The notes: a model not told the origin generated them from the sequence alone. Shown: positions 41,865 to 50,107, counted from the stretch's first letter. The stretch is 64,000 nt of DNA from a virus (IMGVR_UViG_3300045972_000140:32001-96000); one strand, 5' to 3'. Numbers and translations: made by a program.

Positions 41865-42710
41865 ATGGAACATTCAAAACACACAAATCCGCTCCAGAAA
41901 TATTTTAGACAGTTCAAAACTTATCTAAAATTACCAAGCGGTACATCGTATTATGCAAAGGATGTTATTGAGTTCAACGACATGAACGAGTTGGGAATTA
42001 TGCCAATGACCGGCAAAGATGAACTTATTCTTAAAAATCCAGATGCATTACTTAACGGAGAAGCATTAATTGAAGTTATCAAAAGCTGTGTTCCTGCGGT
42101 AAAAGATCCAAGAGTATTACTTACAAACGACATCGATGCGCTCATTACTGCTGTAAGGTATGCTACATTCAATGATAGTTTAGAAACTACATTATTCTGC
42201 CCAAGTTGTGGTGCTGAAAATTCGTATAAGTTAGATTTGCAGTACGCACTAGACAATATGGAATATTTAGATGACGAATATGTTGCTAATCTAGATTCCG
42301 GTGTAAGTGTGTATGTTAAACCTTACGCATTTCCAGAAATCTTAAAGAATCTACACGCAAAATTCGAACAAGGAAAGTTATCTAGGGCAATCGAAGGCAC
42401 TGATATGTCCGAAGAACAACGATCGCAGGTGTTTGCCAAAGCATTTGAAAAGATGTCTGTATTGACATTCGAGTTGATGCTCAATTCTATTATTAAAGTA
42501 GTAGATGAAGAAAATGATATCAATGTAAATAGTAAAGCATATATAAATGAATTTCTATATAACATAGATAAAAAGAGTGTTGATAAGATTTCCGATCTAA
42601 TTAACGAGATTAACGAAATAGGTATAAAGAAAACATTTGTGGCCAAGTGTGAAAAGTGTGGTCACGATTGGGAAAGTGCTATTGACTTTAATCCTGTAAA
42701 TTTTTCATAA
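41865..42710 (+). CDS. gp26: T4 gp26-like baseplate hub / tail assembly chaperone
   Basis: YLKLPSG, MTGKDELILK.PDALLNG, DIDALITAVRYAT, and two CxxC motifs (CPSC, CEKC). Ends ...PVNFS. Confidence 0.7.
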   Translation: MEHSKHTNPLQKYFRQFKTYLKLPSGTSYYAKDVIEFNDMNELGIMPMTGKDELILKNPDALLNGEALIEVIKSCVPAVKDPRVLLTNDIDALITAVRYATFNDSLETTLFCPSCGAENSYKLDLQYALDNMEYLDDEYVANLDSGVSVYVKPYAFPEILKNLHAKFEQGKLSRAIEGTDMSEEQRSQVFAKAFEKMSVLTFELMLNSIIKVVDEENDINVNSKAYINEFLYNIDKKSVDKISDLINEINEIGIKKTFVAKCEKCGHDWESAIDFNPVNFS

Positions 42711-42750
42711 GGTCCCTAATAGTATTACCACCCGACCAATTAGGCGACCT
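42698..42750 (+). promoter_or_regulatory. Candidate -1 programmed ribosomal frameshift signal (slippery heptamer plus stem-loop)
   Basis: A-AAT-TTT at 42698-42704 in the correct phase. After a 5-nt spacer, AGGTC-CCTAAT (42710-42720) pairs with ATTAGG-c-GACCT (42739-42750). Confidence 0.7.
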
Positions 42751-42937
42751 CATTGATTCATTTGAATCAGAGTCGGAATCACTTAAAGAGCAGATATCTG
42801 ATCTTTGTTTTCATATGAGGGGTGGTTTAGAGTATGACTCTGCGTGGGGTATGAGTTTCATGGATAGGGAAATAGCGATTAGAGTAATAAACAGACGTCT
42901 AAAAGAACAGAACCCTGGCGGTAAAGAATACTTGTAG
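42698..42937 (+). CDS. gp51-like ORF in the -1 frame of the gp26-like gene; probable frameshift extension
   Basis: Not in the ORF track. Open frame FFIRSLIVLPPDQLGDLIDSFESESESLKEQISDLCFHMRGGLEYDSAWGMSFMDREIAIRVINRRLKEQNPGGKEYL* to TAG 42935-42937. First ATG is only at 42815, with no RBS before it. Confidence 0.7.
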   Translation, partial: KFFIRSLIVLPPDQLGDLIDSFESESESLKEQISDLCFHMRGGLEYDSAWGMSFMDREIAIRVINRRLKEQNPGGKEYL

Positions 42938-42945
42938 TATATAAA

Positions 42946-43524
42946 ATGCATAAGAAAATTGAGATAAACGAATTAGATATTCCTAAAGATGATATTGAGT
43001 GCTGGGAAAGATATCCTAAGCATAGATGGGTTTACGATATTTCGCGATTACTAGATTCGCAGAATATCAAGTGGAGTCCATTCAAGACAATTGATTTGCA
43101 AAATATGGTTGCTAATATGTATCTAGAATCAATAGGTTCTGTTGCATATGCACCAGGATGGATTTATATAAACAATCCATTTGGGAAGCAGATACTCTCA
43201 GAGGTATACATCATTAAAGGAGAGATTAGGCATATACGATATATCGATAATATCACTAGAGCTCAATTAACAGATAATGTGGGAGATATAGAGTTACGCA
43301 TCAGCGCATTCGTAACAATGCACTTTCAGAAGTTCACAGGTGTAATCTCAGTAGAAACCATCGGTAACGACATATATTCTATTCGTTTAAAACCTATTTC
43401 AGGGATATCCTTAACTATAGATGCTAATATAGCAAAACTGGTAAAGAGAATATATAAGAAAAACGATTTAGTTCATATAAACGGTCTTACAGACCGTACA
43501 CTGCATGAATCTTATGCTTCGTGA
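42946..43524 (+). CDS. Hypothetical protein, possibly degenerate ATP-grasp-like
   Basis: 192 aa. DDIECWERYPKHRWVYD N-terminus and GVISVETIGNDIYSIRL C-terminus recall phage ATP-grasp-like proteins. Family call is tentative. Confidence 0.5.
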   Translation: MHKKIEINELDIPKDDIECWERYPKHRWVYDISRLLDSQNIKWSPFKTIDLQNMVANMYLESIGSVAYAPGWIYINNPFGKQILSEVYIIKGEIRHIRYIDNITRAQLTDNVGDIELRISAFVTMHFQKFTGVISVETIGNDIYSIRLKPISGISLTIDANIAKLVKRIYKKNDLVHINGLTDRTLHESYAS

Positions 43525-43559
43525 ACTCAGCATCGATTCATTTGTGTAATTTTTTAGAG

Positions 43560-44000
43560 ATATAAAGACTAAGAATAAATGCTTGACGGTAGAGCCAGAG
43601 AAAGGGTATACAAACAAAGATTAAAAAATAACCGTTGTTTGTATACCCTTTCTGTTGCGCATTTGACAGCGGCACCAGAGACTAAACAGACTATTCAAGA
43701 AGCATTGGATTGATTATGTCAGCTTCACGCTATTACGCGGCCTGTAAGGGGGAATCAGTAGGTTTGCCTACAACATCCTCGCGGCTTTAATTGTAACTCC
43801 TCTTAGTCAGTTGTTACGCCGCTCGCGGGCCATACCTTACTTTCACTTACCCGCGACAAATTTTAACTCGATCTACTTACTTTGTCCACTGGGACATTTC
43901 TTTAAACCTTGCCACTGTGCATCCAGCGGTCCTGACTGTTGCGCTCCATCCCGAACGACGCGTCACCCGATATAAAGGTTCGGCAACCTGTAATGCATTG
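43560..44000 (-). ncRNA. Candidate structured non-coding RNA of unknown family
   Basis: No ORF of 60 aa or more in 43525-44287. Many nested stems and a possible loop-to-3'-end pairing. Two helices gain G-U pairs only on the minus strand. Confidence 0.45.
43599..43653. repeat. Perfect 19-bp inverted repeat
   Basis: AGAAAGGGTATACAAACAA (43599-43617) and TTGTTTGTATACCCTTTCT (43635-43653), 17-nt spacer. Confidence 0.9.
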
Positions 44001-44044
44001 AAATTCTATGTGCTGATTGTAGCTTGTTTGATTTTGTTTGTAAA

Positions 44045-44132
44045 GATTTTCGTTTAGATTTGGGTAGATTTGTAAAATTTTAATTATTGTGTATGATTTT
44101 TAGTTAGATTCGTGTGGATTTATAAAATTTTA
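44045..44132. repeat. AT-rich direct repeat with 50-bp period and phased GATT motifs
   Basis: 44045-44082 versus 44095-44132 match at 31 of 38 positions. Confidence 0.8.
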
Positions 44133-44252
44133 TATATGCTATTGCTTTAGACGTAAGGCGCATCAACCCTACAATTTTTATTTAAAACAACTTTTGTTGT
44201 TGCTGTATTTTATCTCTATTACTGACGTACTATCGACAAAATTGGCATAAAT

Positions 44253-44280
44253 TAAAATAGCGCAGTTTTGCGCTATTTTA
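44253..44280 (-). terminator. Intrinsic terminator after the lysin gene
   Basis: TAAAATAGCGCA-gttt-TGCGCTATTTTA, 8 nt past the 44288 stop. Confidence 0.75.
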
Positions 44281-44287
44281 TTGCTCA

Positions 44288-44863
44288 TTAGTCGAAAGAA
44301 TTGCTAGAATCTGTTACAAACGCACGCATCTCGTTCACACGACGTAACCACCCTTTTAAGTACTTTCCTTGATCGGGACGTTTTGCCACAATTGCGTTGT
44401 AATATGCCACACGCGCATCACACACTGCATTGCACAGTGTTATTTCATCCTGCTGTTGAATAAGTGCAATAGTTGCAGGGCCAATATCTCCATCTGCTGC
44501 TGCACCAACTGTTGTTTGTACAAACTTAGCCATTCTGCCTACGCCGTGATTAATACAGCCGTCGAAGTGTAAAGCAGCAAGGCGCGGTGGCATGTTATTG
44601 CAGTCCCCAAGCAACCAATATTCTTTGTAATAAATGCGGAGTACAGCATCCCAATCTAATCCTGCTACGTCTAATTGCAAGTGGGAATTCTTAGCAATAC
44701 CGTATTTTGTTTCACCACCTGGGTCTGTAGGATCATTTACGTATCCACAGGCACGTTTATTCGTACCATCGCGTGCACCAGGTGCATCTACATTCCAAAA
44801 TCCGCCAACTTCGTAAAGCATAGCGTGGTCAACTGCCTTTAAATATGATGTTTCGTATGCCAT
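44288..44863 (-). CDS. Glycoside hydrolase family 108 lysozyme (endolysin) with C-terminal peptidoglycan-binding domain
   Basis: GYVNDPTDPGGETKYGI, YYKEYW, FDGCINHG, ADGDIGPAT, YLKGWLRRV. Confidence 0.9.
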   Translation of the reverse strand: MAYETSYLKAVDHAMLYEVGGFWNVDAPGARDGTNKRACGYVNDPTDPGGETKYGIAKNSHLQLDVAGLDWDAVLRIYYKEYWLLGDCNNMPPRLAALHFDGCINHGVGRMAKFVQTTVGAAADGDIGPATIALIQQQDEITLCNAVCDARVAYYNAIVAKRPDQGKYLKGWLRRVNEMRAFVTDSSNSFD

Positions 44864-44885
44864 ATGTTCTCCATTCTAGTTTTGC

Positions 44886-44906
44886 TATTTATCTAATTGG
44901 TAAATA
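44886..44906. promoter_or_regulatory. Divergent late promoter motifs
   Basis: GATAAATA on - (44886-44893) before the lysin and variant GGTAAATA on + (44899-44906) before the resolvase. Confidence 0.6.
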
Positions 44907-44922
44907 GTAAAAAGGGGATTTA

Positions 44923-45429
44923 ATGCCATCCAAATCGAAAACTAAGGGAAACGCATGGGAACTAGAAGTAGCTAAGTTCTTGTCGGCTACATACAATGAA
45001 TCGTTCTTACGTATACCGAGCAGCGGCGCGTTTGTAGGCGGAAAAAACAGCATACGCAAGGCTGGGCTGGGCGATGCACAGCTACAGAGCAAAAAGGGCG
45101 ATATTCACCCTCCGCAAGACTGGAAACATTGGAATTTAGAATGTAAGAGTTACGCTGATTTTCCGTTCCACCAGTTGTGGACTTCAGACGTGAAAATCCT
45201 CGACTCATGGATTGCACAGCAGCATGAAGTCGAGGATGAGGGCGATTTAAACTTGATACTAATTAAGATTAGTCGCAAAGATAAATGGGTAGTGTATCAG
45301 GAAAATCTAGGGTTTGCGTCTGATCGCTCGATACACTACAAGGGTTGGTACTTTACAAGTTGGGATGATTTTTGGTCTAAACAAACGAACTTAGACCTAG
45401 TAAAAATGATTTCAACAATATCAGTCTAG
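44923..45429 (+). CDS. Holliday junction resolvase, Hjc-like PD-(D/E)XK nuclease
   Basis: SKTKGNAWELEVAKFL, RIPSSGA, GDI...NLECKSY. Confidence 0.8.
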   Translation: MPSKSKTKGNAWELEVAKFLSATYNESFLRIPSSGAFVGGKNSIRKAGLGDAQLQSKKGDIHPPQDWKHWNLECKSYADFPFHQLWTSDVKILDSWIAQQHEVEDEGDLNLILIKISRKDKWVVYQENLGFASDRSIHYKGWYFTSWDDFWSKQTNLDLVKMISTISV

Positions 45430-46257
45430 TTTAACTATTGAATTCTGTAAATAAAATGCGTTAAGTCTTTTATTGATATATTCTATTTCACTATTAGGTA
45501 ATTTAGTTTTCTCTGCATAACTATTGATGGCATTTTGTTGAATATATGAATAAAAACTACCATCATATTTTGTCGAGTATTCAAATTGTGTACATAACGA
45601 ATCCGAAAAACGTCTGTAGAGAGCCTTCTTTTTAGTGAATTCTTCTTTGTATTTAGGTGAAATATGTTCTGGCCAATAGTCAGAAAGATATTCTAATTTT
45701 GTGGTAAATTCGTGGGCCCAGTCATTATACATAAATCTAGGTGCAGTTTTATTATTCCTCGACGCGTAGTCTATCATTCGATCTGCAGCAAGCGGTGTCT
45801 CGCTTAATAAAAAGGTGTTGACAGCTAGTAATCTACCATCAGCAAACATACCTTGTGCAATAACAGGATCATTGGCAATTATTGATTTTATCATGGCCAC
45901 ATCGTTTGTCATGCCGCCAAATAATCCAACTCCTTGAAGTTGTCCGTTATCACCGTATCTACGACCGTCGTTTCCGGAAGTATGTTGTTCTGTCTTTACT
46001 TCGTAGTGTGCTAATGATATAGGGTGGGTTCCATCGAACGTTGTACTACCGTCAGATGTACTGAACATATTAGGGTTATTGGTTACACCTAACATTCTGC
46101 ATACTATTTTTTCTCTAATCAGCGAATTCCCTAATTTATCGTGCATTATACATTCAATCATTTCTTGATGATCGGATGTTAACTGATTAAACTCAGTATC
46201 ATCGTGCATTGCGTATTTGTAAAATCTGTCAAGTGTGGCTTCGCTGTATGTTTGCAT
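45421..46257 (-). CDS. Hypothetical protein, possible restriction-endonuclease-like PD-(D/E)XK fold
   Basis: 278 aa. RE...FDG-x8-YEVKT resembles an E...D...ExK active site. Function tentative. Confidence 0.45.
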   Translation of the reverse strand: MQTYSEATLDRFYKYAMHDDTEFNQLTSDHQEMIECIMHDKLGNSLIREKIVCRMLGVTNNPNMFSTSDGSTTFDGTHPISLAHYEVKTEQHTSGNDGRRYGDNGQLQGVGLFGGMTNDVAMIKSIIANDPVIAQGMFADGRLLAVNTFLLSETPLAADRMIDYASRNNKTAPRFMYNDWAHEFTTKLEYLSDYWPEHISPKYKEEFTKKKALYRRFSDSLCTQFEYSTKYDGSFYSYIQQNAINSYAEKTKLPNSEIEYINKRLNAFYLQNSIVKLD

Positions 46258-46326
46258 AGTGTCCCTGTTGTTATGATGCTCTTATTTTATAGACTCTTTT
46301 TGCCGAAACGCAACGGTATTCACCGT

Positions 46327-48108
46327 TTAAACCTGAGTATCTGCGGCTTCCAGTGTAGTATACCCACCTTCCTTAATAACTTTCAGCACAGTTGACACTC
46401 TACCCACAAGCTCATCTCGGTGCGAAATTAAGAAAATGTTTCTCTTATGATCTCTTGCCATCTTCTTTAAAATAGCTAAAGATGCTTCCACACCACTTGT
46501 ATCTAATCCAGAATCAATTAATTCATCAATAAACAATAGATTAATTTTGCTATTCATAGATTCGAAAACATCGCGCATAGACCAGCTTAATGATAAGATT
46601 AAGCGTGTACGCTCTCCCCTAGAAAGATTATCAAAGTCAAACTCTTTTCCGTACATTTGAATTTCTACTTCTAAGTCAGATTTAAACTTAACTTGATGTG
46701 GCAATCCAATTTCTGTAAGATAATGTGCAAGCCTGTGATTAAGATATGCAAGATTTTGATCAATGATTTTCTTTCTAATAAAGCTATCTTTGTTTGTTAG
46801 CAGTTTCAGTAAGAAATCCTGATGATCGCGCAATTTAACTAACTCATTTACTGTATCGAAATTAATTTCTTGTAAACCATCTTTCTTAAGAGATTCAATC
46901 TGCTCAACATACGGGTTAGATGTTGCTAATTCAATTTCTAAGCTATTTCCTAAATTACTAAGCGTTGTCTTATGTCTATAAGCTTCATCGACTGAATCAT
47001 AAAAGGTGCTAGGCAATGTAGGAATAAGCGATTTAACAGTTGACGCAAGAGTTTTTACTTCGTTACATTTCTCTGTTTTAGTTGATAACTTTACTTTTTC
47101 TTCCTGATGGCTTAATAGATATTCGTTATGCACTTGTGCGTGAGTTTCTTTATCCATTTCCTGCGAACAAGTTGGGCAAATTTTCTCAACAGAAGATAGC
47201 AATACTTTGTCCAATCTAGTTAACGTTTTAGTAGAATCTGCTACATCTCGCTCTAATGCCGCAAGTTCCTTTGTTAGCGCACGGTATTCAGTTGATAAAT
47301 CATCGACTTCTTTCTTAGCCTTATGTAATTCAATTTCGGCATCAATATCTACGGCCATAAATTGTGTTACTGCGTCTTGCAATTCTTTTACTTTGCGCTT
47401 CTTTTCGCGGTCCCACGTAGATGATTTTGTTTCAAGCCCAGTAATGTTTGTCTCAATTCGCTTGTTTGCCGCCGAAACCGCTGATATTCGAAGTTCCTCT
47501 TCTTTAATTTCATCTTTTGTAACCTTAGATTCTTCTTTAAGCTTTTCTGCTTTTTCAGATAGCTTAGTAATACCTAACAATTGCTCAATGATAACTCGTT
47601 GATCGTTCGTACGCAAAGCAAGAAATGGCTCAACATACGTGTTTAGCGCAAGAATATGCTTAAACATTTCGTGCGTGATTCCGATAGTACGCACAATTTC
47701 TTCTTGTGTATGTCTACCTTCACCTTGCGATTCGTCTGTATCTGTTGCGGTTTCCTCGTCGACATCAGATCCGTCTTCGATAAACTTAAACACATTTGGC
47801 CTGCGCCCACGTTCTATAGTATAGCCCTTACCATTCATTTCGAATTTTAATGTAACCAACATATTTTTCATATTAGATTTGTTGATTAAATTGTCTTTCT
47901 TGATGTTGGTAAGTGCTGTACCAAACAATGCATAACTTAATGCATTCACAATTGTAGATTTACCTACACCGTTACGATTATCGTTGCCGCCCAAATCTAG
48001 ATTTTCACCAAGGACAAGTACTAATTCATCCTTGCTAAAATTAATAGACTGAGTAACATTACCGATACTCATAAAATTCTTAATTGTCAAACCATTTAGT
48101 TGAAGCAT
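46327..48108 (-). CDS. gp46: Recombination endonuclease ATPase subunit, T4 gp46 / Rad50 / SbcC-like
   Basis: KNFMSIGN, NGVGKS Walker A, CPTC zinc hook, LSRGE signature, LLFIDE Walker B, ISH. Confidence 0.95.
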   Translation of the reverse strand: MLQLNGLTIKNFMSIGNVTQSINFSKDELVLVLGENLDLGGNDNRNGVGKSTIVNALSYALFGTALTNIKKDNLINKSNMKNMLVTLKFEMNGKGYTIERGRRPNVFKFIEDGSDVDEETATDTDESQGEGRHTQEEIVRTIGITHEMFKHILALNTYVEPFLALRTNDQRVIIEQLLGITKLSEKAEKLKEESKVTKDEIKEEELRISAVSAANKRIETNITGLETKSSTWDREKKRKVKELQDAVTQFMAVDIDAEIELHKAKKEVDDLSTEYRALTKELAALERDVADSTKTLTRLDKVLLSSVEKICPTCSQEMDKETHAQVHNEYLLSHQEEKVKLSTKTEKCNEVKTLASTVKSLIPTLPSTFYDSVDEAYRHKTTLSNLGNSLEIELATSNPYVEQIESLKKDGLQEINFDTVNELVKLRDHQDFLLKLLTNKDSFIRKKIIDQNLAYLNHRLAHYLTEIGLPHQVKFKSDLEVEIQMYGKEFDFDNLSRGERTRLILSLSWSMRDVFESMNSKINLLFIDELIDSGLDTSGVEASLAILKKMARDHKRNIFLISHRDELVGRVSTVLKVIKEGGYTTLEAADTQV

Positions 48109-48111
48109 GTA

Positions 48112-49128
48112 TTATAACCTGTCGTAAATTTCTATCAAGGTTGCTGTTTCGTACGAATCACTGTTGATATTTGTAAGTTGTTCAACAACTATCTGATCAA
48201 CAGTCTGGAATGTAATATCGCCCTCGTAGTCTTTATTTGCATCCTCATCGGGATTTCTAATTAACTTAAATTCGCGAACACTATATTGATCAACAAATGT
48301 TTCGCGCAAGAATGTTGCTTCTTCGTACGTAATGTCGCAATCTAAAATAACCTGTAGATATGTTTTGGGCTTAAGATAGATATCTGGATTAGCAAGTAAC
48401 GCAGATAAATTAATGCTAATGAAGCGTGGACCACCTTCGTAATCAATGTACTCAGGCACGCCGCCCCACTCTAAGTACATTGCACCTCTTTCGAAATCCC
48501 ACACATCGGCATAATTATGGCCAAAGGGATTTCCAATATAATGTACTTTGCCTTTTTCTTGACGCTTGTGGAAATGACCAGAAAACACTAAGTCCTGGTG
48601 CTCAAAGTGTGCAGGGTTTAATGCGCCGTGATCTGGCATTACAACAGATGCATTCATCTTGAAGCCAGGCAGTTCTAAGTGACCAAAGATATACTTAGTT
48701 TTTAGTTTTGCTACTTCTTTCCATTCCTCTTCTACTAGCCACGGAATAAGTGCAACATTACCTTCTACTATTGTTTTATCAACGATTTCAATGTTAGCAA
48801 ACTCGCCGCCGACAATCATAGAATGGATATCGCGTTTCTCGCGATAAAACAAATCATGATTGCCAACCATAATATAAGTTTTCTTAAAATAGTTGTTTAG
48901 TCTTCTTAGGGCCTGCATTGTATAATCCAGCGTAAGAATACTTACGTTGGATCTGTGGTGATGCCAATCTCCTAAGAAGAAGCAGGTATCACATTCGCGC
49001 AAATCGGCTTGTTCTATAACCCACTCGACGAAATCTAAACAATCCTGATTGTGATCTTTTGAATTGTGTCGTAAGCCGAAGTGGATATCAGTAAAACAAA
49101 TAACCTTTTCAAATAGATTAGTGTTCAT
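48112..49128 (-). CDS. gp47: Recombination endonuclease nuclease subunit, T4 gp47 / Mre11 / SbcD-like
   Basis: DIHFG, GDWHH, GNHD, GHFH metallophosphoesterase motifs. Start MNTNLF at 49128. Confidence 0.95.
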   Translation of the reverse strand: MNTNLFEKVICFTDIHFGLRHNSKDHNQDCLDFVEWVIEQADLRECDTCFFLGDWHHHRSNVSILTLDYTMQALRRLNNYFKKTYIMVGNHDLFYREKRDIHSMIVGGEFANIEIVDKTIVEGNVALIPWLVEEEWKEVAKLKTKYIFGHLELPGFKMNASVVMPDHGALNPAHFEHQDLVFSGHFHKRQEKGKVHYIGNPFGHNYADVWDFERGAMYLEWGGVPEYIDYEGGPRFISINLSALLANPDIYLKPKTYLQVILDCDITYEEATFLRETFVDQYSVREFKLIRNPDEDANKDYEGDITFQTVDQIVVEQLTNINSDSYETATLIEIYDRL

Positions 49129-50107
49129 CTTTAGCAGATTCCTGTGCATCTTCGCGCAAGTGTCTAATTTCGTTTTCTAATGCAAGCTGACGAGAAAAGC
49201 TAGGGCTTGCACCGCTATCGATTAGTAAGTCGTCACGTAGATCTTGATTTTTCTTTTCTAAATTAAATACACGAGTAAAGCTGTTAGAAACGCTTGCTGT
49301 ATAATAGGAGAATGGGTTATCTGATTTATATTCATCAAATTGAAGTCCCATTTGTGACAGTTGCAATAATGCCTGCCCTTTCATTTCGTCTAAGTAAGTG
49401 TAACCGCGCCAGTTACCGCGTTGACCGTACTTATTAACCATTAAGATAAACATCTTTGCTAGTTTGCTAGTAATAGAACCGTGCTCTAAGCTAAATTTAC
49501 CTTTTCTTGTGTGACTTCTACCTACTTCTTTAACCGCATTATTTTCAATAATGTAATGCTTGAAGGGATAGAAATTTAATTTAAGATAACTGTCGGCTGT
49601 AGATTTTGGATTCTTCTTACGTCCGGGTGCAAGCGGAATATGTTCAAAACTTAATACGCGGAATACTAAATCGTCTTGCGATATAGTGTCTGGTTTAATT
49701 TTGTATTCTGCTAGCCTAGGTTTGGTATTCTTTGAAGTTACAATTGTTGTTGCTAGTGCTACTTCGTATGCTTGTGCTGCAATTCTTGCTGCTTTAGTTG
49801 CCTTAGCTTTTTCGATTGTTTCTGGCTTGAAGATATCATTTACATCTTCAACAATTACATCGTAATCGCAATATTTAGGATCAATGTATTCACAGAAAGT
49901 ATTCTTACTCTTGTGAATTTCTTTTAACATATCCTTGTTGTTTAGATAATTTATTTTCTTTGCAGGAAATACAGAAGGTGCGGCAACAACGTCTTCAACT
50001 TCTTCATCATCTTCGATTAGCTCCTCGACTGCTACTTCGTCTATTAATTCTTCTGATTCATCTATTTCTTCTAGAAAATCTTCGTCGGGGGTATCAATAT
50101 CTGTCAT
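49118..50107 (-). CDS. gp55: Late-transcription sigma factor, T4 gp55-like
   Basis: NYLNNKDML, NWRGYTYLDEM, FDEYKSDNPFSYYT...F.R....EKK. Upstream of gp47/gp46. Start MTDID at 50107 with GGAG RBS. Acidic N-terminal extension. Confidence 0.85.
   Translation of the reverse strand: MTDIDTPDEDFLEEIDESEELIDEVAVEELIEDDEEVEDVVAAPSVFPAKKINYLNNKDMLKEIHKSKNTFCEYIDPKYCDYDVIVEDVNDIFKPETIEKAKATKAARIAAQAYEVALATTIVTSKNTKPRLAEYKIKPDTISQDDLVFRVLSFEHIPLAPGRKKNPKSTADSYLKLNFYPFKHYIIENNAVKEVGRSHTRKGKFSLEHGSITSKLAKMFILMVNKYGQRGNWRGYTYLDEMKGQALLQLSQMGLQFDEYKSDNPFSYYTASVSNSFTRVFNLEKKNQDLRDDLLIDSGASPSFSRQLALENEIRHLREDAQESAKDEH

Noticed and set aside
43675-43810. Group I intron R-like motif CAGAGACTAAA with a downstream TAGTC
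   Set aside because: No AAGAUAUAGUC S element or P/Q elements found, no interrupted gene flanks it, and G-U evidence favours the other strand.
43525-44287. tRNA, tmRNA or RNase P RNA in the intergenic gap
   Set aside because: No GTTCGA-type T-loop with acceptor stem, no tmRNA ends, and no GAGGAAAGTCC motif seen on either strand.
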